DNA of 63,218 bases, counting the filler, from Octopus bimaculoides (taxonomy: Eukaryota): the NCBI RefSeq assembly GCF_001194135.2. It is 9 parts of 9 records of this genome, joined end to end, with 100 filler letters (N's around TTAATTAATTAA, not from the genome) between each part and the next. Parts side by side here need not be neighbours in the genome. Positions count along the whole stretch, not along the records: positions 54,445 to 62,064 come from NC_069010.1; positions 62,165 to 63,218 come from NW_026399229.1; 7 more parts are not named here. The stretch is one strand, 5' to 3'. Positions 58,831 to 63,218 of the stretch are shown piece after piece. Numbering within the stretch: position 1 is the first letter of the stretch; each line of letters starts with the position of its first letter. The notes below the pieces were generated by a model, which was not told the origin of the DNA, made no database searches, and saw nothing but the letters and a program-made list of their open reading frames with translations. Made by a program: the position numbers and the translations under genes.

Positions 58831-59529
58831 TAACTTGATAAGGCAGACAGACAGCAGAGTCTTTTACGAGGTCACCAGGTCTGCTAGAAATAACAACCAA
58901 ATCTACCCACGCCTGGACAGCAATTATTGTCTTAGAAAAGAGAGGACATACAGGAGAAAGAGAGAGAGAGAGAGAGGGAGTGTGTAGTCATGCAACGCTA
59001 AGACAGCATGGCCATAGTTGGAAAGTCTTGCGTTCATGTCTTCCCAGAGAGAGAGGGAGAGAGAGCGAAGCCTAAAGACTTAAAAACAAACCACAATTAC
59101 AATATGTGACTGCGACAATTCCAACTGCAAGGAGAGATGAAGGCGCACAAGACATGTCAAGCAGGAATTGAATAGAATTGGTAGGAAAAGGGGGGGAGGA
59201 GGGAACTGGGGAAGACAGCCAGACGGGAGGTAAGGGAATTGTAACGTTTCAAAGTAAAACAGGACAATGTGTGTGTGTGTATATCTATCTATCTACACAT
59301 GTGTGTATCTATCTATCTATCTATCTATCTACACATGTGTGTGTGTATATCTATCTATCTATCTATCTACACATGTGTGTGTGTGTCTTATCTTTCACTT
59401 ATTTTCAATCACTGAAATGCAGCACTGCTTATTGGTCTATTTTGCCGGAACAGCTATGTCACATGTACATAAACAAACCAACACTGGTTCCGCAGCGCAC
59501 AGGAGAGAAGAACAACCACAGACTCAAGG

Positions 59530-59690
59530 ACGATAGAATAAGTACAAAAGGAGACCGATAGAATAAGTACAAAAGGAGACCGATAGAATAAGTACTAGGC
59601 TTCCAAAGAATAAGTCCCGGGGTCGATTTGCTCGACTAAAAGGTGGTGCTCCAGCATGGCCACAGTCAAATGACTGAAACAAGTAAAATA
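59530..59690 (-). mobile_element. Same family as 47408-47600
   Basis: Reverse-complement match; nearly identical to 61062-61165. Confidence 0.8.
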
Positions 59691-59899
59691 TATGAAGAGT
59701 ATATATAAAGTGCATTAAGTAATCATTGTACTCCGATTTCCTTCAGTTTTCAAAGATTTGCTGATGAGCAATTATCTTTCAATACAGACACATCACAGGC
59801 TACACTTTCAGGATTTTTAGATGAAGTTTTCAGGGAAAACCCAATGAGTTTACCATTAACTCCACGAAATATTCATGGGTCCTGCTAGTTATGTAAGTG

Positions 59900-60268
59900 G
59901 AGGCGCAATAGCCCAGTGGTTAGGGCAGTGGACTCGCGGTTTCGATTCCCAGACAGGGCGTTGTGAGTGTTTATTGAACGAAAACACCTAAAGCTCTACG
60001 AGGCTCCGGCAGGGGATGGTGGCGAACCCTGCTGTACTCTTTCACCACAACTTTCTCTCACTCTTACTTCCTGTTTCTGTGGTACCTGTAATTCAAAGGG
60101 TCAGCCTTGTCACACTGTGTCATGCTGAATCTCCCCGAGAACTACGTTAAGGGTACACGTGTCTGTGGAGTGCTCAGTCACTTGCACGTTAATTTCACGA
60201 GCAGGCTGTTCCGTTGATCGGATCAACTGGAACCCTCATCATCGTAAGCGACGGAGTGCCAACAACAA
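59900..60268 (+). mobile_element. tRNA-derived SINE, near full length
   Basis: A box TAGCCCAGTGG, B box GGTTTCGATTCC, (AAC)n tail; body shared with 46630-46810 and 9672-9840. Confidence 0.85.
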
Positions 60269-60699
60269 CAATCCGGTCCAAATATTCTACTTGTTTTATG
60301 TTCAAGCAAGCCAGATCTGGCCTGTCACACTTACCCTACAACAAAAAAAAAACAAAAAGACAAACAAAACAGCAGCTAAAAACACTTCACAAACTGTTAC
60401 TCAGAGTTCGTCAGGCAGTTTTGGGTATACAAAACAAAACAGTATTTGTAAGTATTCATGATTACCAACTCAATTAAATAAACATCTAAAGACAATTGGG
60501 TAACTACCATTCAATAGAGACGTATATATTTGGATAAAAGGAAAAAGAGGCAATTGAACAGAACACAGAATTGCATAAACATTTAACGTAAGCTGAAAAA
60601 TAATAAAAAAATATAATTGGACAATAAAAATCTTAGCAACAAACATAAAAATTTACAGAATAGACCTCATTCAGAAACAAGATGTTGTACGCAATTAAA

Positions 60700-60990
60700 A
60701 TGGAATTAAAATTAAAATAAGGACAAATGAGTATCACAGAGTCAAAGGTTGCTTCTGTTGTCGTCGGAGCATTTGGGGTCAATCCTGCGCAACCTGAAGT
60801 AACTTCTGAATGCTTTAAAAAAAATACCCTAATATTTGGGTGTAATGCAAAAAAAACAGATTTAGTCGGAACTATCTGCATTCTGTGTAAGATGCTGTCT
60901 GTTTGGGGTCTTTGTTGTGACTTGACCGACAGCAAAAATCCCTGGCGCATACAATATATTCAGTCAACGACATCACAATATTGGACATTT
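60700..60990 (+). mobile_element. R4/Dong-type LINE 3' end
   Basis: KVASVVVGAFG...CNAKKTDLVGTICILCKMLSV, matching the VVVGALG...QKTALLGT..IL.K.L terminus. Confidence 0.65.
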
Positions 60991-61189
60991 TGAAATGTCT
61001 TCTATAATAACAGTTCCAAATTTTTGCCACAAGGGCAGCAATTTTGGAACTGNNNNNNNNNNAATAAGTACTAGGCTTCCAAAGAATAAGTCCTGGGGTC
61101 GATTTGTTCGACTAAAGGTGGTGCTCCAGCATGGCCACAGTCAAATGACTGAAACAAGTAAAAGAGTATATGTGTGTGTGTGTGACAAG

Positions 61190-61330
61190 CTTCATTCATT
61201 TTCCGCTTACCAAATCCACTCACAAGGCTTTGGTCAGCCTGAGACTATAGCAGAAGACACTTGCCCAAGTGGGACTGAACCTAGAACCATGAGGTTCGGG
61301 AAGCACGTTTCTCAACACACAGCCCACGTC
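61190..61330 (-). mobile_element. SINE, same family as 28550-28700
   Basis: Reverse-complement match. Confidence 0.75.
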
Positions 61331-62798
61331 TGTGCATGTATGTATTCATTATTTCGTTCGCTTTAAAGCATGAATTCAAGGCCACAAAATTAGGGAAATG
61401 GGAAGACAATTAGATGAAGCCAGTACTCAAATTAATACTTTTCTTTCATTGAAATCTGGACAAAGAAGGGCCAAGTTGGTCTTAATGAGATTCGAACACA
61501 AAAAGACTGTAACAAAATACCACAATGCATTCAGTTCGAGTCCATCTCATTAACGATTCTGACAATCCATTGCTCACACCAAAATCAATATTATTAAAAT
61601 CCGAACAAAGTCAAACTTTGCTAATCAATCCAGTCTTGATACTCGTACAATCCACGTCCTTGTCTCTAGGTCAATACAGCATTGATATAACAGTGTTACT
61701 TTCACAGAGGTCAATTTTGCAGTTTGTCCTTCCAGGGTCGATGAAAGAAAGTACCAGTTGTGCAAATGGGGTCAAAGTAATCAACTAGACTCCTCCCTCA
61801 AAATCACTGGCTTTATAAACAAAATCAGAAATCATTATTATTCTCATAAAGACAGCACATGGGCAGAGCTGTTACCACCCTGGACAAAATGCTTAGCGGT
61901 ATTTTTCCCCAACTTTACAATCTGAGTTCAAATTCCACCAAAGTCAATGTAACCGATTTTCTCCTTCCCTCAAATTTACTAGCGTTGTGCCGAAATTTTA
62001 AACCATCGAGATTGCTGCCAATGCCGATGGACTGGCTCCTGTGCAGGTGGCACGTAAAATACACNNNNNNNNNNNNNNNNNNNNNNNNNNNNNNNNNNNN
62101 NNNNNNNNTTAATTAATTAANNNNNNNNNNNNNNNNNNNNNNNNNNNNNNNNNNNNNNNNNNNNTTATCGTTGATCAGCCTCAAAATAGTAATCATGGAG
62201 ATGGTGATGAAGATGGTGATGATTATCATCATCATCATCATTTTTGTCATCATAACCACAATAATTATTGTCAACATTGTTATTATTGTTGCATTGTTAC
62301 ATTCCTGTCAATTTTGTAAAGAAGTAATTTGCAGAGGAACATTAATGTTAGATATTCATTTACAATTTTTGAGTTAACCATAAAAGCATTCGGGTACATT
62401 TACGCTTCTAAATGAATGCGTTTGTGGTTTCCTATCTATGTGGGCACGAATGGATTTGATAATCCATGTTTGTGTGTGTTGCTGACGAAAGTCACCTAGT
62501 GTCAGTACAAGCATAGTTTCGAATGGTATCATACCTATACATTTAAAACGTTGAAAACGTGTGTTCTCTGTGTAAGTACGCAGGCACGCACGAACATACA
62601 CACACACACATACACACACAACCACTCCGACATATACACATACACACTATCTCAAACATGTATGTATATAGAATCATACAAGATTGAATATGGAATAGAG
62701 AAGGTTTTTACTAAAATTCCTTCAATGATTTCAACATATTATTACGTCCTTAATAAATTCAGTCGGCTGATTATCTGTCCACGACACCATATGATCAA

Positions 62799-62898
62799 GG
62801 CCATATGGCGTAGTGGTTACGAGCGCGGTCTACTAACCCGAAGATTCAGAGTTCGATTTCAGGATGTGACAAAACTAATAGTAATAATAATAATAATA

Positions 62899-62929
<31 letters not shown>

Positions 62930-62970
62930 CGACGATGATGTTGATGATGAAGATGATGATGATGATGATG

Positions 62971-63021
<51 letters not shown>

Positions 63022-63218
63022 GCAATAATAATAATAACAATAATACTAATAATAACAACAATCTCGAAAAATACCTTAGGAATAAGAACCCAGGTTCGAG
63101 ATTTCCCCAAGACACCTGATAAAAGCTGGAGGGAATATCAGCCGAAATTTATGTGAAGAACAAACGAGATGAGGACAATTATCCGTCAAATGTACATAAT
63201 GTAAATAATGTAAATAAT
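62799..63218 (+). mobile_element. Second copy of the tRNA-head/hammerhead composite (runs off the window)
   Basis: Same head and tail as 21225-21475; the internal AAT/GAT microsatellite is expanded to ~185 bp. Confidence 0.75.
63111..63156 (+). ncRNA. Inactivated copy of the 21380 hammerhead
   Basis: GACAC-CTGATAA-AAGCTG[GAGGGAATAT]CAGCC-GAAA-TTT-ATGTG; G8 and stem III mutated. Confidence 0.5.

Noticed and set aside
59747-59892. Exon-like segment (plus-strand acceptor and GTAAGT donor)
   Set aside because: The only long frame stops just before the donor; the minus-strand frames lack a usable acceptor; no homology recognised.
60633-60950. Minus-strand ORF with a plausible acceptor (HSEVTSGCAGLTPNAPTTTEA) as a VWA7-like exon
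   Set aside because: The plus strand is an R4/Dong endonuclease remnant, and there is no good donor.

Overview
AT-rich, microsatellite-saturated, heavily gapped eukaryotic draft sequence. The repeat landscape (tRNA-derived SINEs, R4/Dong-, RTE- and CR1-type LINE debris, Penelope-like elements, Tc1/mariner, one Gypsy) best fits a cephalopod, probably Octopus; this is an inference. Most long ORFs in the supplied track are artefacts of N-runs and microsatellites. One host gene is well supported: seven phase-compatible coding exons on the minus strand (53397 to 34816) encode the C-terminal ~349 aa of a VWA7-like secreted protein ending in a hydrophobic GPI-signal-like tail. A second, weaker minus-strand gene candidate starts at ~26472 below an ETS/YY1 promoter-like cluster. 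The most striking unexplained signal is a set of minimal type I hammerhead-ribozyme (HHR) motifs in several contexts: (i) a tRNA-head SINE + microsatellite + HHR composite (21225-21475, 62799-63218, 3' part at 48258); (ii) an HHR with a canonical GUC site in the loop of a 130-bp foldback (29459-29849); (iii) a six-copy Penelope-tail family whose core reads CUGUNGA instead of CUGANGA; (iv) a degenerate tandem pair at ~41.4 kb. All folds were derived by eye, and repeat boundaries are approximate.
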